Below, piece by piece: positions 1 to 14,900 of a DNA stretch of 64,000 nt. This DNA comes from Macrostomum lignano (taxonomy: Eukaryota). The DNA is taken from assembly GCA_002269645.1 (NCBI GenBank), contig NIVC01001167.1, positions 124,001 to 188,000 on the forward strand. The letters are read 5' to 3'. Position 1 is the stretch's first letter. The number at the start of each line of letters is the position of its first letter. A program made the position numbers and the translations under genes. Under the pieces are notes generated by a model. That model was given only the letters and a program-made list of their open reading frames with translations, was not told the origin of the DNA and made no database searches.

Positions 1-350
1 CTGTCTGTCTATCTGTCTGTCTGTCTGTGTCTGTCTGCCTGTCTGTCTGCCTGCCTGTCTGCCTGCCTGTCTGTCTGCCTGTCTGTCTGCCTGTCTGTCT
101 GTCTGTCTGCCTGTCTGTCTGCCTGTCTGTCTGTCTGTCTGCCTGTCTGCCTGTCTGCCTGCCTGTCCGCCTGCCTGTCTGTGTCTGTCTGTCTGTCTGC
201 CTGCCTGCCTGTCTGCCTGCCTGTCTGTGTCTGTCTGTCTGTCTGCCTGTCTGTCTGTCTGTCTGTCTGCCTGCCTGTCTGTCTGTCTGCCTGCCTGTCT
301 GTCTGTCTGTCTGCCTGTCTGTCTGCCTGTCTGTCTGCCTGTCTGTCTGC

Positions 351-381
<31 letters not shown>

Positions 382-633
382 CCTGTCTGCCTGCCTGTCT
401 GTCTGCCTGCCTGTCTGTCTGTCTGCCTGTCTGTCTGCCTGCCTGTCTGTCTGCCTGCCTGCCTGTCTGTCTGTCTGCCTGTCTGTCTGCCTGCCTGTCT
501 GTCTGCCTGCCTGTCTGTCTGCCTGTCTTTCTGTCTGCCTGTCTGTCTGCCTGCCTGTCTGTCTGCCTGCCTGCCTGTCTGTCTGTCTGTCTGTCTGTCT
601 GTCTGCCTGCCTGCCTGTCTGCCTGCCTGTCTG

Positions 634-670
<37 letters not shown>

Positions 671-743
671 GCCTGCCTGCCTGTCTGCCTGCCTGTCTGT
701 CTGTCTGTCTGTCTGCCTGCCTGTCTGTCTGTCTGTCTGTCTG
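1..743. repeat. (CTGT/CTGC)n microsatellite, intronic
   Basis: Tetranucleotide array ending about 25 nt upstream of the acceptor at 768. Confidence 0.97.
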
Positions 744-768
744 ATCAATGCACCTGTCCGCCACCCAG

Positions 769-3700
769 GTGCTCGGTGAGCTATCAAAACAGCACCCTGG
801 TAGAGCAGTTCCGCCTGGGCTTCTCAGCCGACCTGTCACTCAAAGCGAAGCCGCAGGGCCCGCTGGAGCCAGCCGTGGACTTCACCAAGAACTCCTCCGT
901 GTGCCTTGGCGGCCGGCTGGAACTGGACTGCGTGGTGTCACCAGCCGCCGCCTCCGTGGTGCTGGCCAGAGTCTACGAGCCACAGCTAGACGCTTTTGGA
1001 GAAATTGTGAAGTACAAGAAGGTCGACCACCTGGTGGCGTACTGGTACCCGGAGGGGCTGGAGTCCAACGGCAGCAAGACGGCATCGGTGACCGTGGGCT
1101 CACGAGACATCCGAGTCAAGCTGGTGATGGACAGCGTGACAGCAGATCAAGACGGCTACTATATCTGCGCCGCTGAAGCCAAAGGCTTTCGAAGACCTGC
1201 GCTCAAATATTCTCGTCTCGACGTGATTCCAGACTGCGTAGTCGGGGAGGCGGCTTCGAGACTGAGCGCTGTGGCTGGTGAGTTCAGAAGGCTCTGCGTG
1301 AATCTTGAATCCCCCAGATTCCCCTGAATCCCCCAGATTTCCTAGAGTCCCCCAGATTCCCCTGAATCCCCCAGATTCCCCTGAATCCCCCAGATTTCCC
1401 GTGAATCCCCCAGATTCCCCTGAATCCCCCAGAGATTCCCCTGAATCCCCCAGATTTCCCGTGAATCCCCCAGATTCCCCTGAATCCCCCAGAGATTCCC
1501 CTGAATCCCCCAGATTCCCCAGAATACCCCAGAAGAATCGCCCCCAGCGTTGGGAATCGTTGAGAATCGTTGGGAATCGTTGAGAATCATTGGGAATCGT
1601 TGAGAATCATTGGGAATCGTTGAGAATCGTTGGGAATCGTTGGGAATCATTGGGAATCGTTGAGAATCGTTGAGAATCATTGGGAATCGTTGAGAATCGT
1701 TGGGAATCGTTGAGAATCGTTGAGAATCGTTGGGAATCGTTGGGAATCGTTGGGAATCGTTAAGAATCGTTGAGAATCGTTGGGAATCGTTGAGAATCGT
1801 TGGGAATCGTTGAGAATCGTTGGGAATCGCTGAGAATCGTTGGGAATCGTTGAGAATCCACAGATTCCCTTGAGTCCCTCAGATTCCCCTGAATCCCTCA
1901 GATTCCCCTGAATCCCTCAGATTCCCCTGAATTCACAGAAAAATTACCGCCTCCCAGAATACCCAGAAGAATCGCCCCCAGAATTCCCCTAAAGAATCGC
2001 CCGCAGAATTCCCCTAAAGAATCGCCCCAGAATTCCCTAAAGAATCGCCCGCAGAATTCCCCTAAAGAATCGCCCCAGAATTCCCCCTAAAGAATCGCCC
2101 CCAGAATTTCCCTAAAGAATCGCCCCAGAATTCCCTAAAGAATCGCCCCCAGAATTTCCCTAAAGAATCGCCCCCAGAATTTCCCTAAAGAATCGCTCCC
2201 AGAATTCCCTAAAGAATCGCCCCCAGAATTCCCCTAAAGAATCGCCCCCAGAATTCCCTAAAGAATCGCCCCAGAATTCCCCTAAAGAATCGCCCCCAGA
2301 ATTCCCTAAAGAATCGCCCCAGAATTCCCTAAAGAATCGCCCCAGAATTCCCCTAAAGAATCGCCCCCAGAATTCCCCTAAAGAATCGCCCCCAGAATTC
2401 CCCTAAAGAATCGCCCCAGAATTCCCCTAAAGAATCGCCCCCAGAATTCCCCTAAAGAATCGCCCCTAGAATTCCCCTAAAGAATCGCCCCCAGAATTCC
2501 CTAAAGAATCGCCCCTAGAATTCCCCTAAAGAATCGCCCCAGAATTCCCCTAAAGAATCGCCCCCAGAATTCCCTAAAGAATCGCCCCAGAATTCCCCTA
2601 AAGAATCGCCCCTAGAATTCCCCTAAAGAATCGCCCCCAGAATCCCCTAAAGAATCGCCCCAGAATTCCCCTAAAGAATCGCCCCCAGAATTCCCTAAAG
2701 AATCGCCCCAGAATTCCCTAAAGAATCGCCCCAGAATTCCCCTAAAGAATCGCCCCCAGAATTCCCCTAAAGAATCGCCCCAGAATTCCCCTAAAGAATC
2801 GCCCCCAGAATTCCCCTAAAGAATCGCCCCAGAATTCCCCTAAAGAATCGCCCCTAGAATTCCCCTAAAGAATCGCCCCCAGAATTCCCCTAAAGAATCG
2901 CCCCCAGAATTCCCTAAAGAATCGCCCCCAAAATTCCCCTAAAGAATCGCCCCCAGAATTCCCCTAAAGAATCGCCCCCAGAATTCCCCTAAAGAATCGC
3001 CCCCAGAATTCCCCTAAAGAATCGCCCCCAGAATTCCCTAAAGAATCGCCCCTAGAATTCCCCAGAAGAATATCGGCAATCTCCCCCTCCCCGACCCCCT
3101 GCAGATGCGGCCCGTCTCCAGATCATTGTGTACTCCGCCGCGGCCGGCCTCGCAGCCTCCCTCATCATCGGCGCCCTGATCTTCATCTACTATTTTGCTA
3201 AGCGCCGCACAGCTCCGATCAAGAAGCGCCTGGTCTGCGTCGACAACAGCGAGCTGTACATGACTGCAGGCGGCGCCGACCAGCGCCAGCGGCAGAACAC
3301 CGCGTCCACCAGCCAGGCTTCCACCGTGACTGCGTCTGACACAGCCCAGCTGCTGGTGCCGGAGGTTCGGGTGGAGCGCATCGGAGCGTCCAGATCCATG
3401 TGGGGCTTCGGATCCCGACGGGCTGGGCAGGATGATGAGGGCGAGGGTTCAACAAGTACAAAAATCAATAGGGAGGTTCGTTATGTCATTCCCAGCTGTC
3501 CCGTGCTGGAGGTGGACCGGAAACGGTGAGTGAAAATTTAATTAAATAAGTTCTATCAGAGTGACAGTTTTATCAGTAAAATCTATCAGAGTGACAGTTT
3601 TATCAGTAAAATCTATCGGAGTGACAATTTTATCAATAAAATTTATCGGAGTGACAATTTTTTCAATAAAATCTATCGGAGTGACAATTTTATCAATGAC

Positions 3701-6700
3701 ATCTATCGGAGTGACAATTTTATCAATGACATCTATCGGAGTGACAATTTTATCAATGACATCTATCGGAGTGACAATTTTATCAATGACATCTATTGGA
3801 GTGACAATTTTATCAATAAAATCTATCGGAGAGACAATTTTATCAATGACATCTATCGGAGTGACAATTTTATCAATGACATCTATCGGAGTGACAATTT
3901 TATCAATAAAATCTATCGGAGTGACAATTTGATCAATGACTCTTTCGGAGTGACAATTTGATCAATGACATCTATCGGAGTGACAATTTTATCAATAAAA
4001 TCTGTCGGAGTGACAATTTGATCAATAGAATCTATCGGAGTGACAATAAGCTGAATTTTCAAAAACAACCAACAGTCTCCATTTTCACCCCATTTCTCTA
4101 ACAAAACCAACAACACTCAGGGTGCAGATGTTTCGACTGCTTGGCGAAGGTGCCTTCGGCAGCGTGCACTCCGGGCAGTTGCTCGTTGGCAACAAACCAA
4201 AGGATGTCGCCGTGAAAATGCTCAAGCGTGAGTTGAGGAAGGAACGACTCGATGGGGATTATATAATGAGGATCCGTGCTCCCCGATCCCAAATGGGGAT
4301 CTGTGTGGGAAACTGTTCTCTGAATCCCAGTTGGGGATCTGTGTTCTCTGAATCCCAGTTGGGGATCTGTGTGTTCTCTGAATCCCAGTTGGGATCTGTG
4401 TGTTCTCTGAATCCCAGTTGGGATCTGTGTGTTCTCTGAATCCCAGTTGGGGATCTCTGTGTGTTCTCTGAATCCCTGTTGGGGATCTGTGTGTTCTCTG
4501 AATCCCAGTTGGGGATCTGTGTGGGAAACTGTTCTCTAAATCCCATTTGGGGATCTGTGTGGGAAACTGTTCTCTAAATCCCATTTGGGGATCTGTGTTC
4601 TCTGAATCCCAGTTGGGGATCTGTGTGTTCTCTGAATCCCAGTTGGGGATCTGTGTGTTCTCTGAATCCCAGTTGGGGATCTGTGTTCTCTGAATCCCAG
4701 TTGGGGATCTGTGTGTTCTCTGAATCCCAGTTGGGGATCTGTGTTCTCTGAATCCCAGTTGGGTATCTCTGTGTGTTCTCTGAATCCCAGTTGGGGATCT
4801 GTGTTCTCTGAATCCCAGTTGGGGATCTGTGTGTTCTCTGAATCCTAGTTGGGGATCTGTGTGTTCTCTGAATCCCAGTTGGCGATCTGTGTGTTCTCTG
4901 AATCCCAGTTAGGGATCTGTGTGTTCTCTGAATCCCAGTTGGGGATCTGTGTTCTCTGAATCCCAGTTGGGTATCTCTGTGTGTTCTCTGAATCCCAGTT
5001 GGGATCTGTGTGTTCTCTGAATCCCAGTTGGGGATCTCTGTGTGTTCTCTGAATCCCTGTTGGGGATCTGTGTGTTCTCTGAATCCCAGTTGGGGATCTG
5101 TGTGGGAAACTGTTCTCTAAATCCCATTTGGGGATCTGTGTGGGAAACTGTTCTCTAAATCCCATTTGGGGATCTGTGTTCTCTGAATCCCAGTTGGGGA
5201 TCTGTGTGTTCTCTGAATCCCAGTTGGGGATCTGTGTGTTCTCTGAATCCCAGTTGGGGATCTGTGTTCTCTGAATCCCAGTTGGGGATCTGTGTTCTCT
5301 GAATCCCAGTTGGGTATCTCTGTGTGTTCTCTGAATCCCAGTTGGGATCTGTGTGTTCTCTGAATCCCAGTTGGGGATCTGTGTGTTCTCTGAATCCCAG
5401 TTGGGGATCTGTGTGTTCTCTGAATCCCAGTTGGGGATCTGTGTGTTCTCTGAATCCCAGTTGGGGATCTGTGTTCTCTGAATCCCAGTTGGGGATCTGT
5501 GTGTTCTCTGAATCCCAGTTGGGGATCTGTGTTCTCTGAATCCCAGTTGGGTATCTCTGTGTGTTCTCTGAATCCCAGTTGGGGATCTGTGTGTTCTCTG
5601 AATCCCAGTTGGGGATCTGTGTTCTCTGAATCCCAGTTGGGTATCTCTGTGTGTTCTCTGAATCCCAGTTGGGGATCTGTGTTCTCTGAATCCCAGTTGG
5701 GGATCTGTGTGTTCTCTGAATCCCAGTTGGGGATCTGTGTGTTCTCTGAATCCCAGTTGGGGATCTGTGTTCCCCGATCCTAAATGGAGCATCTAAAAAT
5801 CAATCAAACAATTTTTATGATTTATTACTTCTATCAAATCTCTGCGCACCCCAGGCAATTACAGCGAAGAGGAACTGGTCGCCCTGTTCAAAGAGATGGA
5901 GATTATGAAGCTGATGAGTCGGAATCCGCATCCCAACATCATCAAACTGGTTGGCATCAGCACCAGGAATGGTGAGTTGGGTTGAGATCACGACTGGGGT
6001 TTCATTTCTGCTGCTTAAATTTTGTTTTGAGTTGTGATGAGAGTGAAAGATTCAATATGAGACTGAATGGAGGTGAGAGTGAATGGAGGTGAGAGTAAAT
6101 GGAGGTGAGAGTGAATGGAAGTGAGCGTGAATGACGGTGAGAGTGAATGTAGGTGAGAGTGAATGTAGGTGAGCGTAAATGACGGTGAGTGTGAATGTTG
6201 GTGAGAGTGAATGGAGGTGAGAGTGAATGTAGGTGAGCGTGAATGACGGTGAGAGTGAATGTAGGTGAGCGTGAATGAGGGTGAGAGTGAATGTAGGTGA
6301 GCGTGAATGTAGGTGAGCGTAAATGACGGTGAGTGTGAATGTTGGTGAGAGTGAATGGAGGTGAGAGTGAATGTAGGTGAGCGTGAATGACGGTGAGAGT
6401 GAATGTAGGTGAGCGTGAATGACGGTGAGAGTGAATGTAGGTGAGAGTGAATGTAGGTGAGCGTGAATGACGGTGAGAGTGAATGTAGGTGAGAGTGAAT
6501 GTAGGTGAGCGTAAATGACGGTGTGTGAATGTAGGTGAGAGTGAATGGAGGTGAGAGTGAATGTAGGTGAGCGTGAATGACGGTGAGTGTGAATGTAGGT
6601 GAGCGTGAATGAGGGTGAGAGTGAATGTAGGTGAGCGTGAATGACGGTGAGAGTGAATGAAGGTGAGCGTGAATGCCGGTGAGAGTGAATGTAGGTGAGA

Positions 6701-9700
6701 GTGAATGGAAGTGAGAGTGAATGAAGTTGATAGTGAATGGAAGTGACCGTGATTGACGGTGAGAGTGAATGTAGGTGAGAGTGAATGACGGTGAGTGTGA
6801 ATGTAGGTGAGAGTGAATGTAGGTGAGCGTGAATGACGGTAAGAGTGAATGACGGTGAGAGTGAATGTAGGTGAGCGTGAATGAGGGTGAGAGTGAATGT
6901 AGGTGAGCGTGAATGACGGTGAGAGTGAATGGAGGTGAGCGTGAATGCCGGTGAGAGTGAATGGAGGTGAGAGTGAATAGAAGTGAGAGTGAATGGAGGT
7001 GAGATTTAATGGAGGTGAGAGTGAATGGAGGTGAGAGTGAATGGAAGTGAGCGTGAATGACGGTGAGAGTGAATGTAGGTGAGAGTGAATGTAAGTGAGC
7101 GTGAATGACGGTGAGTGTGAATGTAGGTGAGAGTGAATGGAGGTGAGAGTGAATGTAGGTGAGCGTGAATGACGGTGAGAGTGAATGGAGGTGAGAGTGA
7201 ATGTAGGTGAGCGTGAATGACGGTGAGAGTGAATGGAGGTGAGCGTGAATGCCGGTGAGAGTGAATGGAGGTGAGAGTGAATGAAGATGAAAGTGAGATT
7301 GTTTAACAAAATGTTCGAGCATAACAGACTGAAAAGTGGAAAAGCATGCAGTGAACAAAAAAGGAAAGTTCACTCCAGGTGCAGGAAGCTGCAAGAGCAG
7401 CAATAAGTCAGAATCAAAGCTCCCCCCCCGAAGTCGTCAGCTGACTCCGTAACTCCAGAAGCGTAGCGAGATGCTGTATAGCGGAAATTGCTATTTCTGT
7501 TATCTGCTGTCTTCATCACCTGGGAAAGTTTCATTTGCTTCCGTCTGTCTGTGCAACAGGTCGCAGTTAAATCAAGTCTTTGTTGTTTCACTTTACAGAA
7601 GTACTATTCAGTCCAAGTCAGCATTTGACTCTGTGTTGTTCCGCTGAGGGACAAAGACTTGGGTGGGAAAAAAACACAAAGAGGAACTGTTGGTCCAGCT
7701 TCACCGTATCAACATCAATCATGTGATATATTCCTTTCCGTAAACTTATATATCCTAACGATCTCGTGATATGCTTCCACCAAAGGTATTAACAGGAACG
7801 AATAAACAAAGACTTGTATTCTGATACCTTCCTATCGTGAAGCACCAACCCTAACCAGATTTTCGGTGCATTTTTGGTCATGAGACCTTGTTTAGTTCAA
7901 GCCAGACTAGTGAGCCCAGTCAGCAAGACCTGATTCTGGGACTGCAAAAAATAGGTGATAGGTGACATTACTTGGTGTTGGACTGGATTCTGTAGCGGTA
8001 TGGCTGATGGCGTGTTGTGATGCTTTAATGTGCGAAATATGCGAAAGATGCATTAAAGACTTATACTGTATTTTCCTTATTTATGAACACTCAATAAGTT
8101 TTTTAGCCCAAATCCTACTTTAACCCCCCCTCCCCAGAAGAATCACCACCCAGAATTCCACAGAAGAATCCCCCCCAGAATTCCCCAGAAGAATCGCCCC
8201 CCCCAGAATTCCCCAGAAGAATCTCCACCCCAGAATTCCCTAAAAGAATTGCCCTCAGAATTCCCCAGAAGAATTGCCACCCCAGAATTCCCTAAAATAA
8301 TTGCTTTCAGAATTCCCCAGAAGAATCGCCACCCCAGAATTCCCCAGAAGAATCGCCCCCCCCCAGAATTCCCCAGAAGAATTGCCCCCCCCCAGAATTC
8401 CCCAGAAGAATCTCCACCCCAGAATTCCCTAAAAGAATTGCCCTCAGAATTCTCCAGAAGAATCGCCACCCCAGAATTCCCCAGAAGAATCGCCCCCCCC
8501 CAGAATTCCCCAGAAGAATCGCCCCCCAGAATTCCCCAGAAGAATCTCCACCCAGAATTCCCTAAAAGAATTGCCCTCAGAATTCCCCAGAAGAATTGCC
8601 ACCCCAGAATTCCCTAAAATAATTGCTTTCAGAATTCCCCAGAAGAATCGCCACCCCAGAATTCCCCAGAAGAATCGCCTCCCCAGAATTCCCCAGAAGA
8701 ATCGCCCCCCCAGAATTCCCCAGAAGAATCGCCCCCCCCCCCAGAATTCCCCAGAAGAATCTCCACCCCAGAATTCCCTAAAAGAATTGCCCTCAGAATT
8801 CTCCAGAAGAATCGCCACCCCAGAATTCCCCAGAAGAATCGCCCCCCCAGAATTCCCCAGAAGAATCGCCCCCCCAGAATTCCCCAGAAGAATCTCCACC
8901 CCAGAATTCCCTAAAAGAATTGCCCTCAGAATTCCCCAGAAGAATTGCCACCCCAGAATTCCCTAAAATAATTGCTTTCAGAATTCCCCAGAAGAATCGC
9001 CACCCCAGAATTCCCCAGAAGAATCGCCCCCCCCAGAATTCCCCAGAAGAATCGCCCCCCCCAGAATTCCCCAGAAGAATCTCCACCCCAGAATTCCCTA
9101 AAAGAATTGCCCTCAGAATTCCCCAGAAGAATCGCCACCCCAGAATTCCCCAGAAGAATCGCCCCCCCAGAATTCCCCAGAAGAATCGCCCCCCCCCATA
9201 ATTCCCCAGAAGAATCGCCCCCCCCCAGAATTCCCCAGAAGAATCGCCACTCCAGAATTCCCTAAAAGAATTGCCCTCAGAATTCCCCAGAAGAATCGCC
9301 CCCCCAGAATTCCCCAGAAGAATCTCCATCCTAGAATTCCACAGAAGAATCGCCACCTCAGAATTCCCTAAAAGAATTGCCCTCAAAATTCCCCAGAAGA
9401 ATTGCCACCCCAGCATTCCCTAAAAGAATTTTCCTCAGAATTCCCCAGAAGAATTGCCACCCCAGCATTCCCTAAAAGAATTTCTCTCAGAATTCCCCAG
9501 AAGAATCGCCACCCCAGAATTCCCCAGAAGAATCGCCCCCCCCCCAGAATTCCCCAGAAGAATCTCCATCCCAGAATTCCACAGAAGAATCGCCACCCCA
9601 GAATTCCCTAAAAGAATTGCCCTCAGAATTCCCCAGAAGAATTGCCACCCCAGCATTCCCTAAAAGAATTTCCCTCAGAATTCCCCAGAAGAATCGCCAC

Positions 9701-11895
9701 CCCGGAATTACCTAGAAGAGTCGCCCCCTAAATTCAGCTCCCCATCCAACCCGCAGGCCCATTTCTGCTCCTAGTGGAGCTGGCCCATCACGGAAATCTG
9801 CGCGACTTTTTGAAATACCGGTGCCTGTCGGACCGGGTGGCGCTCCAGTACCACAACCTGCACCCGGGCACGAAGCAGATGCAGTACCTGCCCTGCGTAT
9901 CCGGCCAGCTGCTGCTGCAGTTCGCGACTGACGTGGCCAGCGCTCTGGACTTCATGGCCAGCATCAAGGTGGGTTACGCAACTGGCTGTCCCTGACCCCT
10001 ATCTCTACGGAAATCTCTGAGATCTCTACGGAAATCTCTCTGAGATCTCTACGGAAATCTCTCTAAGATCTCTACGGAAATCTCTCTAAGATCTCTACGG
10101 AAATCTCTCTGAGATCTCTACGGAAATCTCTCTGAGATCTCTACGGAAATCTCTCTAAGATCTCTACGGAAATCTCTCTAAGATCTCTACCGAAATCTCT
10201 GAGATCTCTACGGAAATTTCTGAGATCTCTACGGAAATATCTCTGAGATCTCTTCGGAAATCTCTCTAAGATCTCTACGGAAATCTCTTTGAGATCTCTA
10301 CGGAAATCTCTCTGAGATCTCTACGGAAATCTCTCTGAGATCTCTACGGAAATCTCTCTGAGATCTCTACGGAAATCTCTCTGAGATCTCTACGGAAATC
10401 TCTCTAAGATCTCTACGGAAATCTCTCTAAGATCTCTACGGAAATCTCTGAGATCTCTACGGAAATATCTCTGAGATCTCTTCGGAAATCTCTCTAAGAT
10501 CTCTACTCTACGGAAATTTCTCTAAGATCTCTACGGAAATTTCTCTAAGATCTCTACGGAAATCTCTCTAAGATCTCTACGGAAATCTCTCTAAGATCTC
10601 TACGTAAATCTCTCTAAGATCTCTACGGAAATCTCTCTGGGATCTCTACGGAAATCTCTCTGGGATCTCTACGGAAATCTCTCTGGGATCTCTACGGAAA
10701 TTTCTCTGGGATCTCTACCGAAATCTCTCTAAGATCTCTACGGAAATCTCTCTGGGATCTCTACCGAAATCTCTCTGGGATCTCTACCGAAATCTCTCTA
10801 AGATCTCTACGGAAATCTCTTTGAGATCTCTACGGAAATCTTTGAGATCTCTACAGAAGTCTTTCTGAGATCTCTACGGAAATCTCTGAGATCTCTACGG
10901 AAATCTCTCTGAGATCTCTACGGAAATCTCTCTAAGATCTCTACGGAAATCTCTCTAAGATCTCTACGGAAATCTCTCTAAGATCTCTACGGAAATCTCT
11001 CTGAGATCTCTACGGAAATCTCTCTGAGATCTCTACGGAAATCTCTCTAAGATCTCTACGGAAATCTCTCTAAGATCTCTACGGAAATCTCTGAGATCTC
11101 TACGGAAATCTCTTTAAGATCTCTACGGAAATCTCTCTAAGATCTCTACCGAAATCTCTGAGATCTCTACGGAAATTTCTGAGATCTCTACAGAAGTCTT
11201 TCTAAGATCTCTACGGAAATCTCTGAGATCTCTACGGAAATCTCTAAGATATTTCAGCGTCTTCAAACTTGAAAATTTCAAAATTATTTTTTTAACTTAA
11301 ATGTTTTAAATTCGAATTCTTGAAAAATTCTCCCACTGGAAACAGGTCTAAACTTCTGAACCCCCAAGAACTTTTCGCCAGTTGTCTTAATCTTAAATAT
11401 CCCCAAGCCAGTAAGTCAAGGCCCACCCATTAGGTTTGGGAATGCGAGGCCCTGGATCCACACAGGTCGCATGGGGATCGTGCCTTGATGCTGATTCTGT
11501 TCGACCCCATTGTGGAGCGTGATGCATACTAGGATTCATGCCTCTAGTGCCAGCCTGTCTGTATCTGCTTTTGGGTGACTGAGTGGCTGACTGTGGGTCT
11601 CCTGAAGAGAGTGGCAACAAGTTGAAACGGATCTCTACATTGTATTTTGTCATTGTAAAACAATGCGCGTCTGCTGCATGCTGCGTAGTAGGACCTGTAA
11701 TTTTTATTGCTTGTATTTATGCACTGCTGTTCTTAAGTTCTGCCTGCGCATCTCTTGGACGGGTGGCATTGCTGTGTGTTGCCGACTCTTGATGGTTGAT
11801 AGATGGTGACAGGGCCCGTCTGTCTGTCTGTCTGTCTGTCTGTGTCTGTCTCTGTCTGTCTGTCTGTCTGTCTGTCTCTGTCTGTCTGTCTGTCA

Positions 11896-11937
<42 letters not shown>

Positions 11938-14900
11938 GTCTGTCTGTCCGTCTGTCTGCCTGTCTGTGTCTATCTGTCTGTCTGTCTGCCTGTCTGTCTG
12001 TGTCTATCTGTCTGTCTGTCTGTCTGCCTGTCTGTGTGTCAGACCGCATCTCTCCGCCTCAATCCCCCAGATTGTCCACAGAGACGTGGCCGCTCGCAAC
12101 ATCCTGGTTGCCAATGGCGACAATAACGATGGCAGTCTGGTTGCTAAGGTGGCCGACTTTGGACTGACGCGCAACGTACAAGACAAGGACTACTACCGGG
12201 TCATCAATGAGGTGAGCGGGGCCGAGTGGATTGTAAAAGATGGCTGAGTAGAAACAGATAGGTTGACACATGACAAACAGGTAGAAAATTGGGGTAGACA
12301 GAGAGATTGGGGTAGACAATGGACAATTAGACACGAGACAGATAAATGCGAGACAAGTAGACACCAGACAGGTACACACAGGTAGACAGGTAGACAAGGA
12401 AGAGACTGGTAGATAAGAGACAGGTAGATACGAGACAGGTAGACAAGAGACAGATAGACACGAGACAGGTAGACATGGGACAGGTAGACAAGAGACAGGT
12501 AGACACGAGACAGGTAGACGCGGGACAGGTAGACACGGGACAGGTAGACACAGGACAGGTAAACACGGGACAGGTAGACACGGGACAGGTAGACACGGGA
12601 AGGTAAACACGGGACAGGTAGTCACGGGACAGGTAAACACGGGACAGGTAAACACGGGACAGGTAAACACGGGACAGGTAAACACGGGACAGGTAGACAC
12701 GAGACAGGTAGACACGGGACAGGTAGACACGGGACAGGTAGACACGGGACAGGTAGACACGGGACAGGTAGACACAGGACGGGTAGACACAGGACAGGTA
12801 GACGCGGGACAGGTAGACACAGGACGGGTAGACACAGGACAGGTAGACGCGGGACAGGTAGACGCGGGACAGGTAGACATGGGACAGGTAGACATGGGAC
12901 AGGTAGACATGGGACAGGTAGACACAGGACGGGTAGACACAGGACAGGTAGACGCGGGACAGGTAGACATGGGACAGGTAGACACAGGACGGGTAGACAC
13001 AGGACAGGTAGACGCGGGACACGTAGACACGGGACAGGTAGACACGGGATAGTAGACACGAGACGGGTAGACACAGGACAGGTAGACGCGGGACAGGTAG
13101 ACACGAGACGGGTAGACACAGGACAGGTAGACGCGGGACAGGTAGACACGGGAGACAGGTAGACATGGGACAGGTAGACACAAGCTAGGCATATACAGAT
13201 CACTTGACCACTGCAGCAGTTAAATATCACGCGTTTCATGACTTTCTCTCCAATCCAGCAACCAGTGTGAATCGAGTGCAGGATATGTGATGCCTATCTT
13301 TGCATTGTAATTGCAATCGTAATTCAGCTTCTTATTCAACCCTTGGGGAGCTCTTTGTTGCGTCCGCGATTTCGGGGCTCTCCCGCCATCCCCAGGGTCC
13401 CCTGATATAGAGTAATACCCCCGGTGCCTGCACCAGGACAAGCCTCACCATCATAATTCTTTAGTTCTGGGTTTGTTGCGTGCCCTAAGCGAGGCCTTGA
13501 CTTTGTCTTTGTTTTATTAAATCGCTTCTGTGCCTCTCCTCTTTGTCTGGTTTAAGCGACTCCCCTGCTGGGGACATAGAGGTGAATCAAGGTCAGTCTG
13601 ATAGGGAATGGGGGTCTAGTAAGGCATGTAGGAAGTACTGTACAGCCGTTTATTTGCTTCTTGAACTAAGTTAAAGAATTTCTGCTTTTAGTAAGCCAGT
13701 TCTAACTATTTTTGGGGGATGTGGGAGATGGATATGGGAGAGAGGGTGGATAGGAGGGGAGAGAGGGTAACAGGAGAGGGGAGAGAGGGTAACAGGAGAG
13801 GGGAGAGAGGGTAACAAGAGAGGGGAGAGAGGGTAACAGGAGAGGGGAGAGAGGGTTAACAGGAGGGGAGAGAGAGGGTAAACAGGAGAGGGGAGAGATG
13901 GTTAACAGGAGGGGAGAGAGAGGGTTAACAGGAGGGGAGAGAGAGGGTTAAGATAAGGGGAGAGAGAGGGTTAACAGGAGGGGAGAGAGAGGGTTAACAG
14001 GAGGGGAGAGAGAGGGTTAACAGGAGGGGAGAGAGAGGGTTAACAGGAGGGGAGAGAGAGGGTTAACAGGAGGGGAGAGAGAGGGTTAACAGGAGGGGAG
14101 AGAGAGGGTTAACAGGAGGGGAGAGAGAGGGTTAACAGGAGGGGAGAGAGAGGGTTAACAGGAGGGAGAGAGAGGGTTAACAGGAGGGGAGAGAGAGGGT
14201 TAACAGGAGGGGAGAGAGAGGGTTAACAGGAGGGGAGAGAGAGAGTTAACAGGAGGGGAGAGAGAGGGTTAACAGGAGGGGAGAGAGAGGGTTAACAGGA
14301 GGGGAGAGAGAGGGTTAACAGGAGGGGAGAGAGAGGGTTAACAGGAGGGGAGAGAGGGTTAACAGGAGGGGAGAGAGAGGGTTAACAGGAGGGGAGAGAG
14401 AGGGTTAACAGGAGGGGAGAGAGAGGGTTAACAGGAGGGGAGAGAGAGGGTTAACAGGAGGGGAGAGAGAGGGTTAACAGGAGGGGAGAGAGGCCAGTTG
14501 GTGACAAACTGATGTGAGAAGCAGCCATCAACCTGTCAATCATCAAATTTCACCTTGCAGGGCAAGCTGCCGGTGAAGTGGCTGGCTCCCGAGTGCCTGC
14601 GTTCTCGAGTGTTCTCCACAGAATCGGACGTGTGAGTAACCCAGTTCGCCAGTGCGATAATTGCCAAATTATTGTTACTGTCATGTGAAATCAATGTCGA
14701 TATTGTAAACTGGTTATAAAAGGTTGTAAAGTTTCGAATACAGCTTGCATATACTTATAATTGCATTTCAAATTGTAAAATCTAGTAGTTACACGTCAGC
14801 GTTGGTGAGGTTGGCAACTTTATGATGGTGCCGCTGGTGCTGGGAGATGGAAATCCTCTTTAGGTTGTCCTAGCATTTACCGAATAGGATGCAGGCTAAA

